This document shows positions 45,902 to 56,256 of a stretch of 64,000 bases of DNA, one piece after another. The position numbers and the translations under genes were made by a program. Below the pieces are notes generated by a model. The model was not told where the DNA came from and ran no database searches. It saw only the letters and a program-made list of their open reading frames with translations. Positions within the stretch are counted from its first letter, which is position 1. Each line of letters begins with the position of its first letter. This DNA is from Pseudobdellovibrionaceae bacterium (lineage in GTDB: Bacteria; Bdellovibrionota; Bdellovibrionia; Bdellovibrionales; Bdellovibrionaceae), in the NCBI GenBank assembly GCA_039810425.1, contig JBDHWW010000015.1:1-64000 (forward strand). The letters run 5' to 3'.

Positions 45902-48718
45902 ATGACACACGACAATCACCACAATCATCAGGGGCATGACCACGGCGAACATGGCTGCTGTGGTGTTCACAACTCAAAAGCAGAAACCAAAAAAGTGACC
46001 GACCCCGTTTGCGGAATGCAAATTGATCCCGCAACCGCTAAGGGTGGCAAAAGCAATTTTCAAGGCAACGACTATTTCTTCTGCAATCCTAAATGCAAAG
46101 CGAAGTTTGATGAGAATCCCTTCGCGTATATTCACGGCGGAAAAGATAGCTGTCACGCACCGAGCGCCACTGAAAACAAAGCCCATGCAGAACATGGTGG
46201 CGGCTGCTGCGCCCCAAAAGCAAAGGCGCAAGCCGAAGATCAGCTTGTGACTGATCCCGTGTGCGGAATGAAGATCAATCCTCAAACTGCCAAGGGCGGC
46301 AAAAGCACCGTTGACGGAAAAGATTATTTTTTCTGTAACCCCAAGTGCAAAACGAAATTCGACGCCGACCCTCAATCCTACATTCAAAAATCATCAACCG
46401 TGATTGATCCGGTTTGCGGAATGAAAGTAGATCCAAATAACGCCAAAGGGGGCAAGAGCACCTTTGATGGCAAGGATTATTTCTTCTGCAACCCGAAATG
46501 TAAAACCAAGTTCGATGCGGACCCTCACGCGTATCTCCACAAGAAAAGCGAAGCACCCAAGGCCGATGCCAGCGATAAACGAATGTACACTTGCCCAATG
46601 GACCCCGAAGTCAGGCAAGTAGGCCCTGGGACCTGTCCGAAATGCGGCATGGCTCTTGAGCCTGAAGAAATCTCTTTGGATGAAGGTGAAAATCCTGAAC
46701 TCACGGACTTTAAAAAACGTTTGAAAGTGAGCGCGTTCTTAGCGATTCCGCTTCTGCTTTTTGCGATGTCGGACATTATCCCTGGGCAACCTGTTCAGAT
46801 GAGTCTTCCGCATTGGATCTATGCTGGGATTCAGCTTCTTCTTGCGACCCCTGTCGTTCTTTGGGCAGGCTATCCGTTCTTTCATCGTGGCTGGTATTCA
46901 ATTAAAACTTGGAACCTGAATATGTTCACGCTGATTGCAATTGGGACCGGCGTTGCTTACGCGTTCAGTGTCGTTGCAACTTTTTTCCCTTCAATCATTC
47001 CTGAAAGCATGATCGCGCACGGCGGACAAGTGCCTCTGTACTTTGAAGCGGCCGCCACGATCACGGCCCTGGTTCTCCTAGGCCAAGTCCTTGAGCTCCG
47101 CGCAAGAAGCCAAACCGGAAACGCAATCAAAGCCCTTCTAGGACTTGCCGCGAAAACTGCGCGAAGAATCAGACCGGATGGAACCGAAGAGGATGTTTCA
47201 ATTGATGACATTCGCCCAGGCGACCTCCTGCGCGTTCGCCCTGGTGAAAAAGTTCCGACCGATGGCGAAGTCACTGATGGAAGATCCGTCATTGATGAGT
47301 CGATGATTTCAGGCGAGCCGATCCCAGTTGAAAAAGAAGTTGGCGATAAAGTTACGGGAGCGACCGTGAACACCACAGGCTCTTTCGTGATGAAGGCAAC
47401 CAAAGTGGGATCTGACACTCTTCTTTCGCAGATCGTAAAGATGGTTTCACAAGCCCAAAGAAGTCGCGCGCCGATTCAGAAGCTGGCTGACACCGTGTCT
47501 TCGTACTTTGTTCCAATTGTGGTCCTCATTGCCGTTGCAACGGCTGTGGTGTGGTATCTAGTCGGACCAGATCCGAAGCTCACTCATGCCATGATTAACG
47601 CGGTTGCGGTTCTTATCATTGCGTGTCCGTGTGCCCTGGGTCTTGCAACTCCAATGGCTATCATGGTGGGAACTGGTAAAGGTGCCACTCACGGGGTTTT
47701 GATTAAAAACGCCGAAGCCTTAGAGCGCATGGAGAAAATCACAACTCTCGTCGTCGATAAAACTGGAACCCTGACACTTGGAAAACCAAAACTCTCAGAA
47801 GTGAAAGTGCTTGGCGGATTTAACGAAGCTGAAGTGCTTTCGCTTGCAGCTTCACTTGAAAATTCGAGTGAACATCCACTCGCTGAAGCCATTGTGTCCG
47901 GCGCAAGAGAGCGCGGCGCTCAGATTTTGAATGTTGCGGATTTCTCTTCTGTCACCGGAATGGGCGTGAAAGGAACAATTTCAGGCCGAACCGTTCTTAT
48001 CGGTAACAAACGCCTAATGGAAGAAAATCGCATCTCTGCAAACGAACTTTCTCAGATTGCGCAAGACCTTCAAATGAAAGGTCACGGAGCGATGCTTGTG
48101 GCAATCGACGGAAAAGCTGCGGGAGTGATTACGGTCAAAGATCCAATCAAAGAATCCTCTAAACCTGCGATTCAATACTTTCACGAGCAAGGCATCGAAG
48201 TTGTGATGCTCACTGGTGACAACAAAAACACCGCAAGCGTCGTGGCAAAAGAGCTTGGAATCGACAGAGTGGAAGCCGATGTGCTTCCTCATCAAAAAGG
48301 TGAAATTGTTAAGAAGCTTCAACAAAGCGGCAAGCGCGTGGCGATGGCCGGAGACGGAATCAATGACGCCCCAGCACTCGCGCAAGCTGACATCGGGATT
48401 GCAATGGGCACCGGAACTGACGTTGCGATTGAAAGCGCCGGAGTGACTTTGGTGAAAGGCGACCTGTCTGGAATTGTGCGCGCTCACAAACTGAGCCAAG
48501 CCACGATGAAAAACATCAGACAGAACCTTTTCTTCGCTTTCGGCTATAACACCCTCGGCGTTCCTGTCGCTGCCGGAGTGCTCTATCCAGTCTTTGGTCT
48601 CTTGCTGAGTCCAATGATCGCAAGTATAGCTATGAGTTTGAGCTCCGTCTCTGTTATCGGGAACTCACTCAGACTTAGATCCGCAAAAATTGATAACGAA
48701 GAAAAATTTAAGGTTTAA
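45902..48718 (+). CDS. copA: Cu(I)-exporting P1B-ATPase with His-rich N-terminus, three YHS domains and a YTCPM domain
   Basis: AAGGAG before ATG 45902; [22 protein letters not shown], MxxSS. Confidence 0.95.
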   Translation: MTHDNHHNHQGHDHGEHGCCGVHNSKAETKKVTDPVCGMQIDPATAKGGKSNFQGNDYFFCNPKCKAKFDENPFAYIHGGKDSCHAPSATENKAHAEHGGGCCAPKAKAQAEDQLVTDPVCGMKINPQTAKGGKSTVDGKDYFFCNPKCKTKFDADPQSYIQKSSTVIDPVCGMKVDPNNAKGGKSTFDGKDYFFCNPKCKTKFDADPHAYLHKKSEAPKADASDKRMYTCPMDPEVRQVGPGTCPKCGMALEPEEISLDEGENPELTDFKKRLKVSAFLAIPLLLFAMSDIIPGQPVQMSLPHWIYAGIQLLLATPVVLWAGYPFFHRGWYSIKTWNLNMFTLIAIGTGVAYAFSVVATFFPSIIPESMIAHGGQVPLYFEAAATITALVLLGQVLELRARSQTGNAIKALLGLAAKTARRIRPDGTEEDVSIDDIRPGDLLRVRPGEKVPTDGEVTDGRSVIDESMISGEPIPVEKEVGDKVTGATVNTTGSFVMKATKVGSDTLLSQIVKMVSQAQRSRAPIQKLADTVSSYFVPIVVLIAVATAVVWYLVGPDPKLTHAMINAVAVLIIACPCALGLATPMAIMVGTGKGATHGVLIKNAEALERMEKITTLVVDKTGTLTLGKPKLSEVKVLGGFNEAEVLSLAASLENSSEHPLAEAIVSGARERGAQILNVADFSSVTGMGVKGTISGRTVLIGNKRLMEENRISANELSQIAQDLQMKGHGAMLVAIDGKAAGVITVKDPIKESSKPAIQYFHEQGIEVVMLTGDNKNTASVVAKELGIDRVEADVLPHQKGEIVKKLQQSGKRVAMAGDGINDAPALAQADIGIAMGTGTDVAIESAGVTLVKGDLSGIVRAHKLSQATMKNIRQNLFFAFGYNTLGVPVAAGVLYPVFGLLLSPMIASIAMSLSSVSVIGNSLRLRSAKIDNEEKFKV

Positions 48719-48727
48719 AGTTTTACT

Positions 48728-49753
48728 ATGGCTAACAATCACAATCACGAAAATCACAAAGGGCACAATCATAAGCACGATCACAAAGGCCATGAAGGAC
48801 ACGACCACGGTCACAAAGATCACAAGGGACACGATCACGGTGATGACCATGACCATTCGCACGTTCCGGCTGTCACCGAGGGAAATGAAAAGAAGATTTT
48901 AATTTCATTCATCCTTATTTTAGGTTTCATGGTCGTTGAAGCCGTGGGCGGCTACATTTCGGGATCTCTCGCGCTCTTGGCCGATGCGGGTCACATGATG
49001 ACTGATGCTGCGGCTCTAGGTTTGGCTTACATGGCTTTTCGTTTTGGTCGGCGCGCAAGTGACCAACGCCGCACTTTTGGTTATCTTCGATTTGAAGTCA
49101 TCGCGGGTCTTATAAACGCAATCACACTCTTTGCGATTGTGGGATGGATTCTCTTTGAGGCCTATGAGCGATTCCACAGTCCACAACCTGTTTTAGCGGG
49201 TTCAATGTTCCTCGTTGCTATCGGTGGATTGCTCGTGAATATCTTTGTTCTTTGGTTCCTTACTCGTGGTGATACAGATCACGTCAATGTGAAGGGTGCG
49301 ATCCTTCATGTGATGGGAGACCTTCTGGGCTCAGTGGGAGCAGTGATCGCCGCCGTTGTGATTTGGTACACAGGCTGGACACCTATTGATCCAATTCTCT
49401 CGGTTCTTGTTTCGCTTCTGGTTCTTAACAGTGCGTGGAGCCTTTTCAAAAGCACACTTCACATCCTGCTTGAAGGCGCTCCTCCTGACATGACTGCATC
49501 TGACGTTGAAACTCATTTGCTTAAAAGTGTTGAGGGCTTAAATAAAGTCAGTCACGTCCACGTTTGGTTAATCACGTCAGGTCGAACTCTAGCAACTTTA
49601 CAGATTCAACCAAAACCTGACGCTGACGTTCCGACGGTGGCAAAACAAGTTGAACATGAATTAAGAGAAAGATTCAAAATTGAACACGCCACCGTTGGAG
49701 TGGACTGGGATGGTGTTGCCATTTGCAGTTTAGAAAAACCAAAATCTAAATGA
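48728..49753 (+). CDS. Cation diffusion facilitator (CzcD/ZitB-like) with His-rich N-terminus
   Basis: SLALLADAGHMMTD, LHVMGDLLGS, HVHVW. Confidence 0.92.
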   Translation: MANNHNHENHKGHNHKHDHKGHEGHDHGHKDHKGHDHGDDHDHSHVPAVTEGNEKKILISFILILGFMVVEAVGGYISGSLALLADAGHMMTDAAALGLAYMAFRFGRRASDQRRTFGYLRFEVIAGLINAITLFAIVGWILFEAYERFHSPQPVLAGSMFLVAIGGLLVNIFVLWFLTRGDTDHVNVKGAILHVMGDLLGSVGAVIAAVVIWYTGWTPIDPILSVLVSLLVLNSAWSLFKSTLHILLEGAPPDMTASDVETHLLKSVEGLNKVSHVHVWLITSGRTLATLQIQPKPDADVPTVAKQVEHELRERFKIEHATVGVDWDGVAICSLEKPKSK

Positions 49754-49759
49754 CGTGTT

Positions 49760-51061
49760 CTACTTTTTTCTTCTCTCAGAGTCAGCTAACACTCGCTTTA
49801 CACTGACCCTGATTTGCACAAGCGAAAGAATGATCCGACTATTCTTTCGCTTGTGAACTCTCTGCGCGTGATAAATTCCTCGGTGGCCCGATACGGCGTA
49901 ACTCACAAAGCAAGCAACCAAAGCATAGATTCCAATTTGCGGCCCGAAAAGTTCAAGTGCCATGATCGTGCAAGCTAGTGGCGTGTTGGCTGCTCCCGCG
50001 AACACGGCGACAAACCCCATCACAGCTAGGATCGGCAACGGAATTGGCAGAAATCCACTCAAAGCATTTCCGAGAGCTGCCCCGATGAATAGAAGCGGAG
50101 TCACTTCGCCGCCTTTAAAGCCCACTCCCAAAGTGAATGCCGTGAAAGTTAGTTTTCCAATCCAGTCATAGGCCGGAAGCGGAGCTTTGAGGGCATCAAC
50201 AATGATCGAAACTCCAAGCCCCGCGTAGCGAGTCGTGAGAGGAACCAAAAAGAAAACGAGTGAAATAAACGCGCCCCCAATGAGTGCTCTTATTGGCAGA
50301 TACGGAAAAATCTTTTTAAAGCTCGCTTTGATTTGTTCCGTCATCAGTGCAAACAGTTTTGCAGTTAGGCCGAAAAGCACCCCTGCGAAAGTCACGGATG
50401 CCCAGAACACGAACGAGTTTGGAATTTCTAAAGTCGGATGAACGTAACTTGTATGATGAACGCCTAGAAGTTGCGTCACATAGTGCGCGGTGAAAGCTGC
50501 GGTGGCACATTCAACAAGCGCCCAGAGGTGAAGCTTTCCGATCGCCAGCACTTCTAGTCCAAAAATAGTTCCAGCAAACGGAACACCGAAAACCGAGCCG
50601 AAGCCTCCGGCCATTCCTGCCATGAGAAGTGTGCGCCGATCTTCGGGAGTCATTTTAAAAATGCGTGTGAACTGATCGGCAATCGAGCCACCCATTTGCA
50701 CGGCAGTACCTTCGCGTCCTGCCGATCCGCCGAAGAGATGCGTCGCTAAAGTTCCGAATAACACAAGCGGAGCCATACGAAACGGCACCACATTTTTTAG
50801 ATCATGAAATTCATCTATGATGAGATTATTTCCGGCCTCAACGGACTTTCCCCAGTAGTGATAAGCACCCCCCACGATAAGGCCACCCAGTGGAAGAAGA
50901 AAAAGCAGCCATGAGTGCGCTTCCCGAAACTCCGTCGTCAGTTCAAGAGTCCGCAAGAAAATGGTCGAGGCAACGCCGCAACCGACGCCGATCAAGCTTG
51001 AGAGAAAAATCCACTTAACGTAATGCTGGAAAATTGATTGAAGGGTTTTTGGTTTCTTCAA
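49760..51061 (-). CDS. CLC-F fluoride/proton antiporter (EriC-type)
   Basis: CLC-F signatures GNNLI, GREGT, GEVTP; TTG start behind a fluoride riboswitch. Confidence 0.92.
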   Translation of the reverse strand: MKKPKTLQSIFQHYVKWIFLSSLIGVGCGVASTIFLRTLELTTEFREAHSWLLFLLPLGGLIVGGAYHYWGKSVEAGNNLIIDEFHDLKNVVPFRMAPLVLFGTLATHLFGGSAGREGTAVQMGGSIADQFTRIFKMTPEDRRTLLMAGMAGGFGSVFGVPFAGTIFGLEVLAIGKLHLWALVECATAAFTAHYVTQLLGVHHTSYVHPTLEIPNSFVFWASVTFAGVLFGLTAKLFALMTEQIKASFKKIFPYLPIRALIGGAFISLVFFLVPLTTRYAGLGVSIIVDALKAPLPAYDWIGKLTFTAFTLGVGFKGGEVTPLLFIGAALGNALSGFLPIPLPILAVMGFVAVFAGAANTPLACTIMALELFGPQIGIYALVACFVSYAVSGHRGIYHAQRVHKRKNSRIILSLVQIRVSVKRVLADSERRKK

Positions 51062-51066
51062 GATAC

Positions 51067-51143
51067 ACTCCTACCTTTGATTGGTAGGAGTCATTAGCGC
51101 GATCTCTAAATTGAGCGGCGGTTCAAGGCAGACTCCATTGCCT
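51067..51143 (-). ncRNA. Fluoride riboswitch (crcB motif) with SD-sequestering hairpin
   Basis: GGCAAUGGAGUCUGCC-UUGAACCGC...GCUAAUGACUCCUAC; ACUCCUACC pairs with downstream GGUAGGAGU (SD); promoter TTGATT-17-TATTCT upstream. Confidence 0.93.
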
Positions 51144-51217
51144 GAACTTAAGAATAGATGGATGGCACTCGTAAATCAAGCCTGATGCTTCCCAGCAGCC
51201 CCGAATCAAGTCAGAGG

Positions 51218-52666
51218 TTACATTTTCAGGAGCATTTCAAGTCGTTTTGAAGAGGTCTCGCGCAAGCGCATGATCGCAAGCGAAGCGCAATCCACGGTGT
51301 CATCATGAGCCGCATTCGGAAACGAAACGATTTCCTCAACATTGGTTCCCACCCACGGCGCGATTGTCGGATCTGGGTAGAAGACATTGCCAGCCTCATA
51401 GATCGGAGACACCGCCGCAAGACGCGCATCTTTTCCGGTTTGCGGCTTATAGGGAACGATCCCCATGATTTCATCTTGAAGGGTTTGAATGACGGCCGCA
51501 CCGTTGGCAGCTTCTTCGATCACCTTTGCAATGGCATCGGGGTGTTTCGCGGACATGGCTTTAATCGCCTGAACTTGCGCCGGGAAACCCATTCGATCCC
51601 TAATCTGGTCGATCAAATACAAACTTGAACCCTTGCGCCCCCAAACTTCAATCACCGTGAAGTCCGAAGTCTTTGCATCTTTATAGGTAAGATCCGCGAC
51701 GATGATTTTCTCATCGAGTTTATCAGGAAGCTCTTTGTAATACTTGATCCACGCACGTTTGATGATACCGCCAGCCCGAGGCGACGGATCTTGCTGATGT
51801 TGTCCAGAAAACCCGTATGAACCGAGGTCTTTCTTTGCTTGTTCAAGTTCCTCTTTGCCGTCGCGCTCCGGATGCATCAGCTCCCCAGGCTCACGAATCA
51901 GTTCCTTTCCAGAAATCGGAAAAGTGATGATCGTTTTCTTCTCGCAGACGGAAGGAATTTTTAAAACTTCATAGCCCAGGTTCTTTGCAATCAAGTGACC
52001 TGTTAGATCCTGGTGATGGAGCCTTTGCATAATCAGAATGATTCGGCCCGTTTTCTTGTTGTTGAGTCGGTTTGACCAAGCCAGGTCAAAGTTCTGAAGT
52101 GTCGCCTCACGATCAGCGTCACTCTCAGCACCTTTTGGATTGTGAGGGTCATCAATAAGAATGAAGTCGCCACCTTCACCAGTGATCGATCCCTTGATGC
52201 CGGCGGATTTCATTTGTCCGGTTTTGTTATTGGCAAACTCGGTCTTTTTATTCAGGTCGCCCGAAAGCTGAAACTTGTGCCCCCATCCTTTTTGATACCA
52301 GTCGGACTCAATCAGGTTTCGACGAAGAAGAGAGTGCTTGGTTGCAAGAGTCTCGGCGTAAGATCCAAATAGAAAGCGCGTCGCTGGCGAGTGAGTCCAG
52401 ATCCAGTCAGGGAAGGAAACAGTTGCCAGGAGCGACTTCGTTGAACGTGGTGCTATGTTGATAATGAGGCGTCTGATTTCGCCGCGCTCAGCGGCCATCA
52501 GATATTCACAAATTAAGTCATGGTGCCAGTTCCAGAGAAGCGGCGTCTGAGGCTCTAGGACATCCCATGCGCCGACGACGAATTGATTGAGTGAGCGAGT
52601 ACAAAGTTCGTACTCACGGGCTCGGGCATCGAGGTAAGCGCGTAGCAACGCCTCACGACTCATCAC
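51218..52666 (-). CDS. terL: Terminase large subunit
   Basis: NIAPRSTKS Walker A, FILIDDP Walker B, IEEAANG, FPNAAHDDTVD. Confidence 0.93.
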   Translation of the reverse strand: MMSREALLRAYLDARAREYELCTRSLNQFVVGAWDVLEPQTPLLWNWHHDLICEYLMAAERGEIRRLIINIAPRSTKSLLATVSFPDWIWTHSPATRFLFGSYAETLATKHSLLRRNLIESDWYQKGWGHKFQLSGDLNKKTEFANNKTGQMKSAGIKGSITGEGGDFILIDDPHNPKGAESDADREATLQNFDLAWSNRLNNKKTGRIILIMQRLHHQDLTGHLIAKNLGYEVLKIPSVCEKKTIITFPISGKELIREPGELMHPERDGKEELEQAKKDLGSYGFSGQHQQDPSPRAGGIIKRAWIKYYKELPDKLDEKIIVADLTYKDAKTSDFTVIEVWGRKGSSLYLIDQIRDRMGFPAQVQAIKAMSAKHPDAIAKVIEEAANGAAVIQTLQDEIMGIVPYKPQTGKDARLAAVSPIYEAGNVFYPDPTIAPWVGTNVEEIVSFPNAAHDDTVDCASLAIMRLRETSSKRLEMLLKM

Positions 52667-53090
52667 CGACCGCCATATTCAGGCGGGCGCGAATCTTGCG
52701 AACTTCTTGGTCCAGCTCCTCATCGCTTAGGTGTGAAAGGTCTTGAACTGGGATCGGGCCACCCGCAGGACCTGAGTGTTCAATAGGCTGAGTGACCTTG
52801 CCAATAAGACGACTCAGAAGAAGTTCAAGCATTCGTCCGTCGCCCTTGATTGCTTCATGGATCAACGACACGACGGCCAGATCCAGGGCAATTGTGTTGG
52901 GATCGTTGAGAATTGAGCGGATTTCTTCTTTCGTCGAAAACAGATACTTGTTCGCGGTGAGTACGAACTGCGCATGAGAGAGCCGCAACTTCATGCGGTC
53001 TTCCAAAGGCAAGGGCTTAGGGCCTCTAGGATTGCCAGATTGCCCCTTTTTAAAATCTCTCCCTCCGGTTTTCTTACCCTTTGCCACCAT
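52653..53090 (-). CDS. terS: Terminase small subunit
   Basis: FKKGQSGNPRG motif, EHSGPAGGPI tail; overlaps terL. Confidence 0.75.
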   Translation of the reverse strand: MVAKGKKTGGRDFKKGQSGNPRGPKPLPLEDRMKLRLSHAQFVLTANKYLFSTKEEIRSILNDPNTIALDLAVVSLIHEAIKGDGRMLELLLSRLIGKVTQPIEHSGPAGGPIPVQDLSHLSDEELDQEVRKIRARLNMAVGDES

Positions 53091-53148
53091 TCACATCCTT
53101 GTTTTTATCGCTGCCGGATCGCTGCCAGCCGTTGAAAGCTCGACAGTC

Positions 53149-53700
53149 CTAAGCCTTCAGCAATGCCAGAACCTCGCTCCTTGCGGCCTGGTCCTCACGA
53201 AAGACTCCGCGCATGGCGGAAGTGACCATCGTCGTTGATTGTTTCTTAATCCCTCGGGCACTCATGCACTGGTGATGGGCCTCAACGACAACCGCAATGC
53301 CCTTGGGCTTGAGATGTTCTTCAATGGCGTTGGCAATCTGGGCCGTCATCTTCTCTTGAATCTGAAGACGACGAGCAAAGCACTCGGTCAGACGTGCAAG
53401 TTTCGACAGTCCAACGACTTTTCCAGCGGGAAGATACGCAATGTGCGCCACCCCGATGAAAGGAATCATGTGATGCTCGCACATGGACGAAAACGCGATG
53501 TTCTTTAAAATCACGACCTCATCACACGCACCATCTTCAAAAACCGTCGAAAGGATCTCTGCGGGTTTTTGCATATATCCGGCGTAGAGTTCGGACCAAG
53601 ACTTCACGACACGTTTCGGAGTGTCTTTCAGACCCTCACGGTCTGGGTCTTCGCCGATGGCGACCAATACTTCACGAATCAAGTCAGGATAGTTTTTCAT
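53149..53700 (-). CDS. folE: GTP cyclohydrolase I
   Basis: [41 protein letters not shown]. Confidence 0.96.
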   Translation of the reverse strand: MKNYPDLIREVLVAIGEDPDREGLKDTPKRVVKSWSELYAGYMQKPAEILSTVFEDGACDEVVILKNIAFSSMCEHHMIPFIGVAHIAYLPAGKVVGLSKLARLTECFARRLQIQEKMTAQIANAIEEHLKPKGIAVVVEAHHQCMSARGIKKQSTTMVTSAMRGVFREDQAARSEVLALLKA

Positions 53701-54326
53701 TATTCAACTCCAAGAATTTTGTGTGTCTGTAACGAGAGCCGCCACTCAGGGCGTCTGAAAATAAAGGCAAGCGTCTCGTCACGGTTGATTTCGTAACCAT
53801 CTTCAGCGATGGGCTGAAGGAACTTCTGCTTTGCGGGAAAGTCAGAAAACGCATCCGGCGTGACGAGCGGATCGCTCAACGGAAACAGAATTTTAAGATC
53901 GTCGCAGCTTTCAAGTTTTGTCTGCGCGCGGCCTTGCTTTGGACTCATCGTCACATGGTCGATCAAAGGCAAAAGCTCACCCAACGACTTAGAGCCGTTG
54001 GTTTCAAGATGAATTGCAAAGCCGTTCTCTCGAAGAGTGAGGAGCAGATCCTTGTCGATCTGAAGTGTGGGCTCTCCCCCCGTAATGACAACGGTCTTCG
54101 GGCCGCTCAAGTCATTTAGAGCGGCTGCAATTCCTTGAGCGGTCATGGGGGTTCCTCCCCTGAAGTCGGTGTCACAGAAGCGACAAAATGAACGCGCTCG
54201 ATCTTTTTCCAAACCGGACCAACGGTTGCACCCCGCAAACCTCAGAAAGAGAACACAAGTTCCGACATGACTGCCTTCGCCTTGAATCGTGGGACCGAAG
54301 ATAGATTTCACCTGATAGGTTTTCAT
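53700..54326 (-). CDS. queE: 7-carboxy-7-deazaguanine synthase (radical SAM, CX14CX2C type)
   Basis: TIQGEG..G...FLRFAGC-X14-[25 protein letters not shown]. Confidence 0.93.
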   Translation of the reverse strand: MKTYQVKSIFGPTIQGEGSHVGTCVLFLRFAGCNRWSGLEKDRARSFCRFCDTDFRGGTPMTAQGIAAALNDLSGPKTVVITGGEPTLQIDKDLLLTLRENGFAIHLETNGSKSLGELLPLIDHVTMSPKQGRAQTKLESCDDLKILFPLSDPLVTPDAFSDFPAKQKFLQPIAEDGYEINRDETLAFIFRRPEWRLSLQTHKILGVE

Positions 54327-54328
54327 CT

Positions 54329-54778
54329 CTATCTCCAATCCATATAGATGCCGCTGTTCTTGTCGTTCTCGCGGACTTCGACCTTCACGCACGTTGCGCG
54401 TCCCGCAGTTTCAACAGACAAGAACTCGTTCATTTGTTCATAAAGAAAGTGCGCGGTGCCTTCCATGCCCACATTGGGAAGAACAGTGATTTTGCAAGCC
54501 CCCTTAGCCTCCAGAGCTCGGAACTCACCAAGCAAAGGATCGTCTTCGTTCAGCAGTAAAGTGTGATCGAACCATTCATCCAGTTTTGCGCGGAATTTTT
54601 TGAAAGCTCCAAAATCAACGACAAAGCCGAACGAATCCAATTCCGAAGCTTCAAACGTGAAGTGAAAACTTCGAGAGTAGCCGTGAATGAAAGCGCAGTG
54701 ACCCGCGTGACGCCATTGGCGATGTGAACAAGGATAATTCCAAAACGATTTCGTTGATCGAAGTTGGGCGCGGCTCAT
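54329..54778 (-). CDS. queD: 6-carboxytetrahydropterin synthase
   Basis: SHR...C..IHGY, GFVVDF, FDH, ME, V.V.E. Confidence 0.85.
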   Translation of the reverse strand: MSRAQLRSTKSFWNYPCSHRQWRHAGHCAFIHGYSRSFHFTFEASELDSFGFVVDFGAFKKFRAKLDEWFDHTLLLNEDDPLLGEFRALEAKGACKITVLPNVGMEGTAHFLYEQMNEFLSVETAGRATCVKVEVRENDKNSGIYMDWR

Positions 54779-55440
54779 GATTTCACCTCGTAAACGGTCG
54801 GATCTTTTACTCCCGCTTTTGCGAAGGCTTCAATGCGCTCAACGCAAGTGCCGCATTTCCCGCAATGAACTTTGCCGCCTTTGTAGCAGCTCCAAGTCAG
54901 CTTAAATGGGACGTCGAGCTCCGATCCGATTTTGGCAATTTCAGCTTTGGTCTTGTGCATGAACGGAGACCAGATTTTGATTCGGGCGTAGGTGCCGCGC
55001 TCAATGGCCTCAAACATGGGCTTGATAAACTCTTCGCGGCAATCTGGATAAATCGCATGGTCGCCGATGTGATTTCCAATCGTGACCATCTCACCCCCCA
55101 GACTCTCAGCTAACCCCGCCGCAATAGCGAGCATGATCCCATTTCTGAAAGGAACCACGGTGTGCTTCATGGATTGATCTTCATAATGACCTTCGGGAAT
55201 CTCCCCACCGGATTGAAGAAGATCACTTTTGAAAAGGTCATTGATGAACGGAAGATCAACGACCTTCAACGGGACATCGAAAAACTCTGTGACAGCTTTG
55301 ACCGCCGCAAGTTCTTGCTTATTGTGTTTTGACCCATACTGAAAGTGAACGGCACCGATCACTTCATGACCGTTTTCTTTTGCCTGGGCCAGTGCTGCGG
55401 TGGAGTCCATGCCACCAGAAAGGACGACGAGTGTTTTCAT
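54775..55440 (-). CDS. queC: 7-cyano-7-deazaguanine synthase
   Basis: SGGMDS, VVPFRN, YPDCR, TWSCY...HCGKCGTC. Confidence 0.95.
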   Translation of the reverse strand: MKTLVVLSGGMDSTAALAQAKENGHEVIGAVHFQYGSKHNKQELAAVKAVTEFFDVPLKVVDLPFINDLFKSDLLQSGGEIPEGHYEDQSMKHTVVPFRNGIMLAIAAGLAESLGGEMVTIGNHIGDHAIYPDCREEFIKPMFEAIERGTYARIKIWSPFMHKTKAEIAKIGSELDVPFKLTWSCYKGGKVHCGKCGTCVERIEAFAKAGVKDPTVYEVKS

Positions 55441-55443
55441 TTC

Positions 55444-56256
55444 TTATTCCTCCAAGAGAAGTTCCGCGGCGTACCTCGTGGCAGCCGCTAAAAATAAATT
55501 TGTTCCAATGTTTTTGCCGACATCATCACTGAGCTGACGCATACTTTTTGCCCCCAGACGCCGAGTGATGCTGCGGCCTCCATTCCAATTTTCAGGTTTC
55601 AAAAGATCATTCGGGTTGAAGCCGTAGCGTTGAATGGCTTGAACAATCACAGGGTCCCGGAGCTGATTTCCCAGGGCTTTTTTCGTGATTTGAACAAGTG
55701 GCAAGCCCCGCCCTAAATAGAGTGAGCAAGAAGCGTATCGAGCGCCCATTTCCCAAGTGCTTGAATCGGCCATGTAGGGCTTAAAGACTTTTAGAAATGC
55801 CAAGTTCGTAAAGCCCAGCCAATGGACCTTGCGACCGTTGACCTTTCCCATGATGCCCTTGACGAATCCCTTATTCTTTTCGGTTCCGACAAGGCCACCG
55901 ATGCCGACAACTTCCGAAGTCTTATAGTATTCCTCCAAAAGACTCGGATCTTCGCCACGGGTGAAAATCGGAACAGGCTTAAACCCGCGCTTCAGCATGA
56001 TTTCGTAATTTTTAAGAGTCCCGTGAGGATCACCGATGACATCAAGGGTGAAGTACCTCCAAGGCTTGATCGGAAGCGATTCAATGAAGCGGCAATAATC
56101 ATCAACTGAAATGGATGTTCCGGCTTTCCAAGCTGTGAAAGCGCCCGAATCAATCAGGACCCGAATCTCACTTTTTCTTTCGATGAAAAAACGTAAGACA
56201 TCGGGCTTGATGTAGGGATAAGCCATCAGAAGATTCAACGGAGGCCGCTTAGACAA
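55444..56256 (-). CDS. TGT/DpdA-like transglycosylase, putative DNA 7-deazaguanine-inserting enzyme
   Basis: IDSGAFT, LDVIGD, GIGGLV, VHWLG, ADSSTW mirror TGT-fold catalytic motifs; directly upstream of queC. Confidence 0.7.
   Translation of the reverse strand: MSKRPPLNLLMAYPYIKPDVLRFFIERKSEIRVLIDSGAFTAWKAGTSISVDDYCRFIESLPIKPWRYFTLDVIGDPHGTLKNYEIMLKRGFKPVPIFTRGEDPSLLEEYYKTSEVVGIGGLVGTEKNKGFVKGIMGKVNGRKVHWLGFTNLAFLKVFKPYMADSSTWEMGARYASCSLYLGRGLPLVQITKKALGNQLRDPVIVQAIQRYGFNPNDLLKPENWNGGRSITRRLGAKSMRQLSDDVGKNIGTNLFLAAATRYAAELLLEE

Larger units (their letters stand above)
30600..51217. mobile_element. Heavy-metal/fluoride resistance cargo block between portal and terminase (boundaries approximate)
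   Basis: About 20 non-phage metal/fluoride genes separating normally adjacent terL and portal; no transposase seen. Confidence 0.8.

Noticed and set aside
30626..51219. CAAGATCTGAGGT versus CAAGTCAGAGGT near the two cargo ends as a target-site duplication
   Set aside because: Short, and needs an indel plus a mismatch; compatible with chance.
53149..55440. que genes as host tRNA-queuosine auxiliary metabolic genes
   Set aside because: No queF, queA or canonical tgt; linkage to the DpdA-like, ParB-like and terminase genes favours DNA modification, though this is untested.
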